DNA of 42,662 nucleotides. Source: Dehalococcoidales bacterium. GTDB taxonomy: Bacteria; Chloroflexota; Dehalococcoidia; Dehalococcoidales; RBG-16-60-22. Made by a program: the position numbers and the translations under genes. Location: positions 1-42,662 of the forward strand of contig JAUWGD010000001.1 in the NCBI GenBank assembly GCA_030606585.1, in the 5' to 3' direction. The stretch's first letter is position 1. The number at the start of each line of letters is the position of its first letter. The notes under the pieces were generated by a model. It did not search any database. It was not told where the DNA came from and was given only the letters and a program-made list of their open reading frames with translations. Below, in pieces: positions 1 to 8,421 of the stretch.

Positions 1-472
1 GTGCCTCAAAAGACATCCCTGCCGTAATAGCGCCATCACCGATAACCGCCACGACATGATAGTCGTCGCCGGAGAGGTCGCGGGCAATGACCATGCCCAG
101 GGCTGCGGAAATCGAAGTGCTGCCGTGGCCGGCACCGAAGGGGTCGTGCTCGCTTTCATCGCGGCAGGTATAGCCTGATAATCCGCCATACTGGCGCAGA
201 GAACCGAACTCGCACCTGCGTCCGGTAAGCAGTTTGTGGACGTAGCTCTGGTGGCCTACATCCCAGATAATTTTATCGCTGGGGCTGTTGAAGACACGAT
301 GGAGAGTAATGGTAAGTTCGACGACTCCCAGGTTGGAAGCCAGATGACCGCCAGTTTTGGTTACCGTGGTAATGATTTCACGTCTGAGCTCGGCAGCCAG
401 TTCTTCCAGCGTCGCCAGCGATAATCCTTTCAGGTCGGCGGGACTATCGATTTTATCCAGTATTTTCGGCAT
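1..472 (-). CDS. dxs: 1-deoxy-D-xylulose-5-phosphate synthase, N-terminal part (gene continues past the left edge)
   Basis: Absent from the ORF track because it is truncated. Manual minus-strand translation from ATG 472..470 gives [61 protein letters not shown]...[43 protein letters not shown]. This has the DXS-type GGHLxSNLG and GDG thiamine-diphosphate motifs. Confidence 0.85.
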   Translation of the reverse strand, partial: MPKILDKIDSPADLKGLSLATLEELAAELRREIITTVTKTGGHLASNLGVVELTITLHRVFNSPSDKIIWDVGHQSYVHKLLTGRRCEFGSLRQYGGLSGYTCRDESEHDPFGAGHGSTSISAALGMVIARDLSGDDYHVVAVIGDGAITAGMSFEA

Positions 473-691
473 AGCCTTTAAAATTATCAGTAAGGGGCAC
501 CAATTTCAATACTAACAATGTGGACGAATAATTGTCAAGCTGACGGGCTGTAGTAAGCGTTCATCGGCGGTTGCCTTGACGCTGCCAGTATACATTTGTT
601 AGACTCACTAAGCATATTCTGAGTAAAGGATTGGTTTCATCGCAGGACGATAAATAGCCCCCGAGGGGAACCCCTTCCTGCGAGTAAATAT

Positions 692-1174
692 ATGGATATT
701 TCCGACATCCTGAAAGTTATAGCTATTGCCGCTTCGCCTGTATCGGAACTACGGGGTGCCATTCCGTTTGCCATCAGTGCGTATGATTTCCCCTGGTATT
801 ACGCTTTCCTTTTCGGTGTTATCGGCAATCTCTTGCCGGTCCCGTTTATTATATTGTTTTTATATTACATCGTTCCCATACTTAGTAAAGTGTCTGCTAT
901 AGACCGACTGGCACAACGGTTCTTCGCACGCATGAGACGCAGGGGAAAGATGGTAGAACGGTACGAGAGAATTGGACTGGCACTTTTTGTCGCCATTCCT
1001 TTACCGGTTACTGGTGCCTGGACAGGTTCAGTGCTCGCGGTTCTTTTCGGTCTGAAATTCAGAAATGCATTTTTATCTATACTGGTCGGGGTGTTGGTAG
1101 CAGGCACTGTCGTAACCCTGGCTACACTCCTCGGGTGGTCAATCGCCGGATTAATAGAACCCGAAGTCAATTAA
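692..1174 (+). CDS. small multi-pass membrane protein, 'small multidrug export protein' (COG2426-like) family
   Basis: 160 aa with about 4 hydrophobic segments. The SELRGAIP...GN.LPVPFI and PLPVTGAWTGS motifs are typical of this family as I recall it. Confidence 0.55.
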   Translation: MDISDILKVIAIAASPVSELRGAIPFAISAYDFPWYYAFLFGVIGNLLPVPFIILFLYYIVPILSKVSAIDRLAQRFFARMRRRGKMVERYERIGLALFVAIPLPVTGAWTGSVLAVLFGLKFRNAFLSILVGVLVAGTVVTLATLLGWSIAGLIEPEVN

Positions 1175-1254
1175 GCCTGTTTAAGAGCCACTACCTCACC
1201 AACATATTGACCTCGTTTCTTATTCGTGTTACATTTTTAAGGAAACACAGTCGC

Positions 1255-1331
1255 GTCCCTGTAGCTCAGTTGGATAGAGCGACTGCCTTCTAAGCAGTAG
1301 GTCGTGGGTTCGAGCCCCTCCAGGGACGCCA
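1255..1331 (+). tRNA. tRNA-Arg (anticodon TCT) with encoded CCA
   Basis: Manual cloverleaf: acceptor GTCCCTG/CAGGGAC, U8-A9, D arm GCTC-AGTTGGATA-GAGC, anticodon arm ACTGC-CTTCTAA-GCAGT (anticodon TCT), variable AGGTC, T arm GTGGG-TTCGAGC-CCCTC (one mismatch), discriminator G, CCA at 1329..1331. Confidence 0.9.
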
Positions 1332-1519
1332 TATCAGGCTCGGTTTGAGGCTAAAATTTTACTAAAAAAGAACCTTTCACTTCTAAAGGCCGGACAGCCC
1401 GTTATGCTTGTATATACTCTACAATTTTCTAGTTAACCTGACCTCATGTCATAAGACATGCTTCAGCGAGGGTTGTTTCTTGCTGAAACGGTAACTACTC
1501 TGTATTGATATCGTTCAAG

Positions 1520-2467
1520 TTACCAGTCCGGCGGGCCTACCTGTTTCTGTTTGTCATAAATGTCATTATAGATTATAGTCCCGAAATTCTTGACGATTTC
1601 CCAGCGCTTTTCATTCCGCGGCTCATCAGGGATAGCGCGGATAATAGCATTATGACGCGCGATATAGCCGTCCTTGAACTCAGGATGGGTGTGTATGAAG
1701 AGGTCATTATTCCTGATGCCCCGTACCACCCGCTCACCGGTCTCTATCGGGTCCATGATTACATCTTTCATGTCCATGAACGGCCGCCGGGGTGGAGCGC
1801 CTTTAGGGGGCGGAGGCATTTTTGGCGGCCAGGTTTCTCCCTCGTTCCTGAGATGGGCAGGCCGGTTCTCAAAAGAAGATTTACCCAGATTGGTCATCGT
1901 CGGCCCGGGAATCAGCACTGAAGCCCCGATATTCTTATCCTGAAGTTCCGTGGCGAGACATTCCATCATAGCGCATACAGCATATTTCGTCGTGCAGTAG
2001 ATAATAAATTTGTCTGCGGCAAGAAGGCCGCACGTCGAGGACGTGGCTACGATGTGGCCGCCCTCCCCGTGTTTCAGGATACGCGGTACAATCGTCATGA
2101 TGCTGTTAATGCAGCCTCCCACGTTGACGCCCATGCTGTAGTCCCAATCTTTATACGTCAATTTATCAATCGGGCCGCCGCCGGAGCCTACGCCGGCATT
2201 ACTGACCAGCACGTGTATCTTCCCGAAGACTTTTTCCGCTTCATCGGCGGCCTTAACATAAGCCTCTCGGTCGGTAACGTTCAGTTTTATCGGGTGGACA
2301 GGCTGTTTTTTTTCTTTAAAGTAGGCCATCGCCTCATCCAGGGCGTCCTGGCGCGAATCGGCGATAACCACCTTCATGCCGTATTTGGTACATGCCTTGG
2401 CAATTCCGAGTCCGATGCCGCTGGCGCCACCGGTGATAAAGGCTGTTTTTCCTTCCACATGTTCCAT
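1520..2467 (-). CDS. SDR-family NAD(P)-dependent oxidoreductase (module A)
   Basis: TGGASGIGLG Rossmann motif, NAG, and a YxxxK-type active-site region (YCTTKYAV). I start at the internal Met (MEHVEGKTAFITGG) because AGGAG lies 7 nt upstream and the longer track ORF overlaps the upstream gene. Paralog of 4410..5384. Confidence 0.85.
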   Translation of the reverse strand: MEHVEGKTAFITGGASGIGLGIAKACTKYGMKVVIADSRQDALDEAMAYFKEKKQPVHPIKLNVTDREAYVKAADEAEKVFGKIHVLVSNAGVGSGGGPIDKLTYKDWDYSMGVNVGGCINSIMTIVPRILKHGEGGHIVATSSTCGLLAADKFIIYCTTKYAVCAMMECLATELQDKNIGASVLIPGPTMTNLGKSSFENRPAHLRNEGETWPPKMPPPPKGAPPRRPFMDMKDVIMDPIETGERVVRGIRNNDLFIHTHPEFKDGYIARHNAIIRAIPDEPRNEKRWEIVKNFGTIIYNDIYDKQKQVGPPDW

Positions 2468-2510
2468 TTTTTCTACTCCTATTAACCACGCATTATTTAT
2501 TTGGTCGAGT

Positions 2511-4205
2511 CTAGTGGGAAATCCCGCAGGAACCGTCTTTGCAGACTTCTGCCACCGGCATCCGGAGCGGTTTTGCATCTTTCTTGATGCCGGCTTTAGG
2601 AATCCACGGGTCGATTACTGCCGTCTGGAAATAGGAAAAATCGGTAACAACCCACATCGGGTTCATTTCCCCGCCGGCGACGACGAAGTTCACCATCTCC
2701 GGGCGCTTGAAACGGAGATTCATCTCATTCACGAGCCACTCGCTGAGTTTCATGGGGTCATCGTAGCCTTCCTTCTTACAACTCTTGGCTACCAGCGGGT
2801 CGATGACGAACGTAAACGAGGCTCCGAAGGGACCGCTGATGCTTTTCACAACCTCCAGCATCCGCTGGATAGGGCCGGTGTTAAAGCCGAGGACAGTCCA
2901 ACCGCGGAAAAGACTGACCGTGCTCTCATCGCGTTTGAAACCCTTGCGCACGTGGAAGGGTTCCCAGACACTTAACTCCTCGTTTTCCGCGCAACACATG
3001 TTGTTGTAATTGATAGTGGTTCCGGTACTGGCCGTGAACGTGGCGCCGGGCCGGACATCCCCGAGGTTAATGCTCATCAGGGTCCAGGCACGGCCGATGA
3101 CGGAGTTGGCGTAATTGATCGGACTTAGGGCGCCGAGGCCGTAGTTCATGCCGATTTCGTCGCGGATGGGGCCGTTTACCACCATCATGCTCGCGAAAGA
3201 AGTCGTCGAACTGGGCATGGAAGGCCGTCCGGAAGCGCCTAATGCCAGGATAACCGGGAAATGCTCCGGTCTGGCGCCCGCCATGACGGCGTTCACCGCA
3301 ACCCTCTCCACTGTGTACTGGAGCCGTTCCTCGTGGGTAGTTACGGACATCATGCCGACGTATTCCTGGGGGCCGCGGTCGGTGCCGGTAAGCATCTCCG
3401 CCACGCGCTCTTCGGTCGGCAGGATGATGGGCAGGCCGTCCGTCCAGCCGCTTTCCAGGAAGAACCGGTGAAGGTCGGCCTCGGTGGCCGGTTCGAGCAG
3501 GCGCGGCCGCTCCGGTCTCTTCTCCGGTTTGTAATTCTTCTCGGTTTCCGTCAGCGGCTGGGTGAGGGCGAAGATAACCTCCTCCATGAGGGGTACGCCG
3601 GAAACAGGGTCGTTGCCCTCGATATAGCCATGCAACGTGTCCCGGGAAACCCAGCCGACAGGGTAAGGAGGAAAAGTCCAGCGGAGGTTCATGCCGTGAC
3701 TACGGCCGTCACGCTGCACGTAGTCCGTAAAACGGGCGGTGGCGATAGGGGCTGAAGGTACGCCATAGTCGTGTTCCATCGTCCGGGCAAACTCGGCGAT
3801 ACTCGCCGAACAGCCGTCTCAGCCGCCGACACCGAAGACAACGCCGTCACCATTTTCCTTGATTTCTTTCCAGAGTTCTGGCTCATCGGTGAACATGCTG
3901 GTCTTTTTATGGCGTAACTCGGTTTTGATAGCAGGTCGGTTTTGCGTGAACCAATCCTGAAGCTCCTCCATAAATTCCTTGCTGCCGGCAAATCCCGTAT
4001 TCACCAGGTAAACGGTCTTGCCTTCCAGGCTGTCAAGGCGCGGCGCCATTTTACGTTTCCCGAGGGCTTCAGCCGTGTCTCTCGGCTGGTTTTCGGGGTC
4101 GTGAATAGCGAACATTGGTGAATCAACGTTCAGCCGCCGTCCGAAGATACCGCTGGGCTGGCCTATGGGGTCCAGCACTGTGATTTTCGAATTATTTTTT
4201 GCCAT
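2511..4205 (-). CDS. predicted UxxC selenoprotein (about 564 aa): UGSC-like N-terminal domain fused through in-frame UGA (3821..3819) to a large conserved domain of unknown function
   Basis: Track ORFs 3819..4310(-) and 2511..3779(-) share a frame (42 nt from the UGA first base to the ATG first base). The 39 nt between them has no stop, and ATG 3779 has no RBS. The junction reads GVGG-U-DGCSASIAEFART-MEHDYGVP. A hairpin follows the UGA. The start is moved to ATG 4205 (AGGAG 7 nt upstream). The paralog 5429..7195 has TGA at the aligned position. Confidence 0.68.
3786..3815 (-). promoter_or_regulatory. SECIS-like hairpin downstream of UGA 3821..3819
   Basis: The mRNA reads UGA GAC GGCUGU-UCGGCGA-GUA-UCGCCGA-GUUUGCC. 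There is a perfect 7-bp GC-rich upper stem (3809..3803 / 3799..3793) with a small apical loop, extendable by two G-U pairs and GGC/GCC. It starts 3 nt after the UGA. Confidence 0.5.
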
Positions 4206-4409
4206 GTTTTTTCTCCTAACTGTTTTTACTATGGAAAAAAGATTGTTAAAGTTGATAGTTATCTTGCTCTTACGTGATATTCTATAGTACCTTATACAGT
4301 AAAAATCCACAACTGGAAGATATCGAGTCCATCTTTATGGAGTAATGTCAGAATTTGCATTAGATTGCCATTCATTTTACACTATTTATATAGTACGAAG
4401 GAGGGAATA

Positions 4410-5384
4410 ATGAAAGATTTCGCTGGTAAAATTTTATTTATCACCGGAGGGGCTTCCGGTGCCGGATTCGGTCAGGCAAAGGTGTTTTCAGAAGCAGGCT
4501 GCAAGGTTGTTATCGCGGATATTCGTCAGGACCACCTGGACGAGGCAATGGCGTATTTCCGGGATAAAAAGGCAGAAGTTCACGCGATACAACTGGATAT
4601 TACGGACCGCAAGGCATATGCGGCGGCTGCCGACGAGGTAGAGAAGGTATACGGGAGTCCGCCCCAGATGCTCTTTAATACTGCGGGCGTGAATGCCTTC
4701 GGTCCGGCTGAAGCCTCGACATTTGAAGATTATGACTGGGTTATGGGAGTTTGCCTTGGCGGCGTCGTCAACGGTATGGTGACATTCGTACCGCGCATGA
4801 TACAGGCCGATAAGGGCGGTTATATCGCCACGACTTCCTCGATGGGAGGTTTCATGGGAGGTTCCACGACCGCTCCCTACTCGGCTGCCAAAGCCGCGGT
4901 CAATAACCTCATGGAGAGTTACTTACAGGCGCTCAAGCCTTATGGTATCGGCGTATCCTGCCTGTGCCCGGGCGGTATCAAGTCAAATATCGCCGAAGCA
5001 TCATATACACGGCCAAAGCACCTGGAAAACACCGGGTATAACACCAATGAAAAAACAATCGAGTATATGCATTACCATTACTCTTTTGGGATAGACCCCG
5101 TCGAGCTGGCAAACATACTTAAGAAGGGGATTGAAAACGAGCAGTTCTTCATTATCCCGGTCCCTGACCCGGAAAAGATGCTGCAGGGTATTGTTGAGCG
5201 AATCGTTAATTATGCCACTCCCGAAGGGATGAAAAAACAGGAAGAGCTGATGAAGAAGCGCATGGAAGAAATGAGGAAACGCATGGGCGGTGATGATGGT
5301 CCCATGAAGGGCGCCGCCGAATCCGGATGGGGGAAAGCCAGGCAAGATTTAACCTGGATCAAAGAACGTAAGGGACCCTTTTAA
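4410..5384 (+). CDS. SDR-family NAD(P)-dependent oxidoreductase (module B)
   Basis: MKDFAGKILFITGGASGAGFG Rossmann motif and YSAAK active-site motif. GGAGG lies 6 nt upstream of ATG 4410. It shares DxRQDxLDEAMAYF(K/R)xKK with the module A SDR. Confidence 0.85.
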   Translation: MKDFAGKILFITGGASGAGFGQAKVFSEAGCKVVIADIRQDHLDEAMAYFRDKKAEVHAIQLDITDRKAYAAAADEVEKVYGSPPQMLFNTAGVNAFGPAEASTFEDYDWVMGVCLGGVVNGMVTFVPRMIQADKGGYIATTSSMGGFMGGSTTAPYSAAKAAVNNLMESYLQALKPYGIGVSCLCPGGIKSNIAEASYTRPKHLENTGYNTNEKTIEYMHYHYSFGIDPVELANILKKGIENEQFFIIPVPDPEKMLQGIVERIVNYATPEGMKKQEELMKKRMEEMRKRMGGDDGPMKGAAESGWGKARQDLTWIKERKGPF

Positions 5385-5428
5385 TCAAGGATGCAACTAA
5401 ACCCTGAACATTCGAATGGAGGAATATA

Positions 5429-7195
5429 ATGACAATTGAAGTACGTTTTTCAGTAATGAGTCCTGAAGCTGGAGTCCAGAAGAGTGCAGGTGGACCTCCG
5501 CCGGGTATGGGCGGGCCTCCACCGTCTTCAGCTTCTTTTGCCAAGCGGTTGGATACACTGGAGAACAAGACCGTGTACCTGGTGGATATCGGTTTCGGCG
5601 GAGGCTATGAATTCATGCTGCAATTGCAGAAATGGTTTGCCGATCACATGCCGTCCGTCACCACGATACCAAAACGGAAACCGGGTATGGTGTTCATGGA
5701 TGATAATAATGACCTCTGGGAGGAAATTAAAGTAAAAGGCCATGCCGTTGTCCTTGGCGTAGCCGGCTGACCGGGCTGTATTGCAGCGGTCGCTGCAGGT
5801 AGTACGAATCTTGAACAGAACTATGGTCTCCCGGTTGCTCCTGTCTCAGCATACACGATGGAAAGCGCTGCAAAGAGTAACCCGAGAGCCGCTTCTTTAC
5901 CTTTCATATATACGCCGTTTCCGGTGATAGGTTTGTCTCCTGAAGTCCTCGATAGTTATATTGTAGGCAATGACCCGGATACCGGTAAACCTGTCATCGA
6001 TGAGATATTTGACGTATTGACCAAACCGGTAAGCAAAAAGAAATCGCCGCCTGAGTCTCCTGTACCTGAAAAAGCCGCCCCTCCACAGGTACTCCTGGAA
6101 CCGGATACCGAAGATAATTTACAGCGTCTGTTTTATGAAAAAGGATGGACGGACGGACTGCCCATCATTCTACCCACCGAGGAACGGGTGCAGAAAATGC
6201 TCGCCGGCACCAGCGCTTCTCCGGACGAGATAGTCGCCGAATCATTCTCGTTTGCGACCAGAGAAGTTATTAAGTACACGGTTTCCAGCATCGCGGTTAT
6301 CGCGGTCATGGCCGGCGCCAGGCCGGAACATTTTCCGGTTATCCTGGCTGTTGCCTCTACCAGGCAATCGTCGCTTATGCCCTCAACAACAGCCTTCGGA
6401 ACAATGCTTCTGGTGAACGGGCCGATTCGTAATGAGATCGGTATGAACTGTGGTATCGGCGCGTTCAGTCCGGTGAATCTGGCGAATTCCGTTATCGGAA
6501 GAGCCTGGACATTGATGAGCATTTGCTGGGGGTATGCCAAGCCTAAAGAGACCCTGTGGAGTGCCCAGGGGAATAATTTTATTTACAATAATATGTGCGT
6601 CGGCGAGAACGAAGAGAGCAGCGTCTGGGAGCCTTTCCATGTGGGAAAAGGTTTCAAGTCTGACGAGAGTGTCGTCAGTATCTTCCGGGGATGGGGTTTT
6701 TTCAACAGTCCCGGAACCGCTGCCCACCGGTCGGTAATTGAGGAATTAAATATCCAGCTGGCGGCAATGCCCCCGATGAATTCCATGGCGACGATAATCA
6801 TGGACCCGCTGGTGGCCAGGAATCTAAAGGATAATGAAGGGTTTACAACCAAGCAGGACTTCTGCCGCGCGTTATCCGAGAACATCAAGATGCCGGCGGG
6901 ACAGTACTGGAAAACCGATCATATCGACATGCTGGTGGCATCCCAGGCATACAAGGGAGTGGAGCCTTATGCTTCCTGGAAAAAGCTCCCGGATGATGCG
7001 CTGATAGCTCCCTATCATAACCCGGACAATATCAATATCGTCGTCGTGGGCGGGGAGACAAGTCCCTTATGGAAAACTACGGACTACGGCTGCTCAGGCA
7101 GTGCATCTATCGACAAGTGGAGGGCGAATAAATCCGATGATGAATGCGCTGACGGAACGTGCGGGCTTCCGGATGAACCGGCTGATTATGATTAG
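5429..7195 (+). CDS. predicted UxxC selenoprotein (about 588 aa), paralog of 2511..4205; in-frame UGA at 5768..5770
   Basis: Track ORFs 5429..5770 and 5858..7195 are in the same frame (5858-5768=90). The intervening 87 nt has no stop, and ATG 5858 has no RBS. The junction reads GVAG-U-PGCIAAVAAGSTNLEQNYGLPVAPVSAYT-MESA. GGAGG precedes ATG 5429. Confidence 0.72.
5782..5797 (+). promoter_or_regulatory. SECIS-like hairpin 11 nt downstream of UGA 5768..5770
   Basis: UGCAGC-GGUC-GCUGCA forms a perfect 6-bp stem with a GGUC apical loop. The 11-nt spacing and the G/U-containing loop recall the minimal E. coli fdhF SECIS. Confidence 0.55.
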
Positions 7196-7201
7196 ATTCG
7201 T

Positions 7202-7226
7202 CACGACCTGATTATCGTGTTTTTGT
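7202..7226 (+). terminator. weak candidate intrinsic terminator after the module B selenoprotein gene
   Basis: CACGA-cctgatta-TCGTG followed by TTTTTGTTATT, 7 nt after the stop codon. The stem is only 5 bp. Confidence 0.3.
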
Positions 7227-7491
7227 TATTCAGCATCTATACATTGATAACTGGCAGTTATTGACGTACTCAGTAATGCATTCAGATTTCAGGGAATTTT
7301 ACAGTTTATGAGGCTAACTTAATCCGGAGATTTTAGCAAAATCCGCCGAAGCAGCTGGCCTTGAATTGTTATGTCAACTTACGAGCCGGCTTTAGGTTAC
7401 CACCTATCGTACAGTACCGCCTTACCGTGAAACACGGAATCGGCTCCGGCTCCGTAATATAGCCAATTTGAAAGTAATAATTCGTCGACTA

Positions 7492-8352
7492 TTAACTCTG
7501 ATTGATAACCAGTTCAGCAAAAGGTGTCGGGTAATATTTACCCTGGCTTACATACCTTATCCCTCTGATGAGGTCCGAGCTGGCAGCCTTTTTGGGAATG
7601 AAGCCGTAAGCCCCCGATTGCTTGGCGATAATCATATTCTCTTCTTCATCATACTGGGTTAAAACCAGAACCTTTGTCTCCGGGCATTCCTTGTGTATCA
7701 ATTTAGTCGCTTCTATACCGCTCATTACCGGCATGACTATGTCCACCAGGGCTACGTGCGGCAACAGGCGCAGCGCCTTATCAAACGCGTCCCGTCCATT
7801 GACTGCCTCGCCCACCACCTCCATATCCTTTTGCAGGGACACAACGGAACATATTCCGGTCCTGACCATCGTATGATCATCGACGACGAGTACTCGTATC
7901 TTTCTGGTAGCGGCTTCTAGCAAGCTCTGGATTCGGGGAATGAGAGAAGCTGGCTCGATGGGCTTAAATAAATACTCGTCACCGTCTACCTGTAACCCTT
8001 CGAATCTTCTCCACCCCCTGATTGGCCGTTCCTCATACCGGGCATCGACGACAAGCAACGGTATATCCTTGTATCTCGGATGCTCTCCCAGCCATTTATA
8101 CATGGCAAATGCCTGTCCAGCCGGCGCCATTGTACCCAGAATAATTAGAGCCGGTTCGGCTTTAATAACCTCCTGTGCCTGTGCTTTGTTCGATGCTGTC
8201 ACAACACGGTAGGCTTTAGCTTCCAGAGTTCGCCGACAGGCTTCTACGAAATTGGGTTCGTCATCAATGATGAGGATTCTTTCCTTCTTCTTACGTTTAC
8301 TTTCTCTTTTTGTACTGGATTTATCCGTCCTTTTTCGATTATCGGTATTCAT
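7492..8352 (-). CDS. tandem-receiver (REC-REC) response regulator without an output domain
   Basis: Two CheY-like domains. REC1 (ILIIDDEP...LIILGTMAPAG...LFKPI) has Gly where the phospho-acceptor Asp is expected. REC2 (VLVVDDH...LVDIVMPVMSG...LTQ...IPKK) is a complete NarL-type receiver, but the protein ends without a LuxR HTH. The start is moved to the Met preceded by GGGGAGGAG. Confidence 0.75.
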   Translation of the reverse strand: MNTDNRKRTDKSSTKRESKRKKKERILIIDDEPNFVEACRRTLEAKAYRVVTASNKAQAQEVIKAEPALIILGTMAPAGQAFAMYKWLGEHPRYKDIPLLVVDARYEERPIRGWRRFEGLQVDGDEYLFKPIEPASLIPRIQSLLEAATRKIRVLVVDDHTMVRTGICSVVSLQKDMEVVGEAVNGRDAFDKALRLLPHVALVDIVMPVMSGIEATKLIHKECPETKVLVLTQYDEEENMIIAKQSGAYGFIPKKAASSDLIRGIRYVSQGKYYPTPFAELVINQS

Positions 8353-8421
8353 TTTATTCTCCTCCCCTGCCGTGAATTTGGCCATTCGGGTCGCCTGAGA
8401 ATAGAAGTCATTAAAGGCAGC

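Noticed and set aside
865-1170. Many long ORFs in the track lie antisense to or out of frame with confident genes. Examples: 865..1170(-), 1505..1921(+), 2054..2485(+), 2376..2975(+), 3261..3755(+), 6133..6540(-), 11080..11592(+), 15718..16185(+), 23363..23950(+), 36247..36783(+), 38430..38960(+), 39288..39881(+), 39895..40365(+), 40498..40905(+).
   Set aside because: They overlap ORFs with clear family motifs, lack RBS and recognisable domains, and have the low-complexity Arg/Ser/Pro-rich composition typical of shadow frames in moderately GC-rich DNA.
1441-1492. Two small hairpins (CATGTC-ATAA-GACATG and CTTCAGC...GCTGAA) downstream of the module A SDR gene as terminators.
   Set aside because: The stems are short, and no U-tract follows on the relevant (minus) strand. 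The support is too weak to call.
1520-2578. Longer N-terminal extensions offered by the track: 1520..2578, 3819..4310 from GTG 4310, 4365..5384, 7492..8385, 17167..17367.
   Set aside because: In each case an internal ATG is preceded by a strong GGAG-type RBS at proper spacing. The extension is non-conserved between paralogs or overlaps the neighbouring gene.
1255-7491. The idea that the SDR/selenoprotein block is a genomic island integrated at tRNA-Arg.
   Set aside because: There is no integrase or recombinase gene. I found no direct repeat of the tRNA 3' end in 1332..1519 or 7196..7491. Composition is not obviously different from the flanks. The question is left open rather than claimed.
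7196-7491. The 296-bp gene-free convergent spacer as a possible tRNA-Sec or other structured RNA. It contains the 15-bp palindrome ATAACTGGCAGTTAT at 7247..7261.
   Set aside because: It has no tRNA-like acceptor or T-arm (no GGTTCGA-type box), no long variable arm and no UCA anticodon context. It is AT-rich with only weak hairpins. The palindrome alone is not interpretable.
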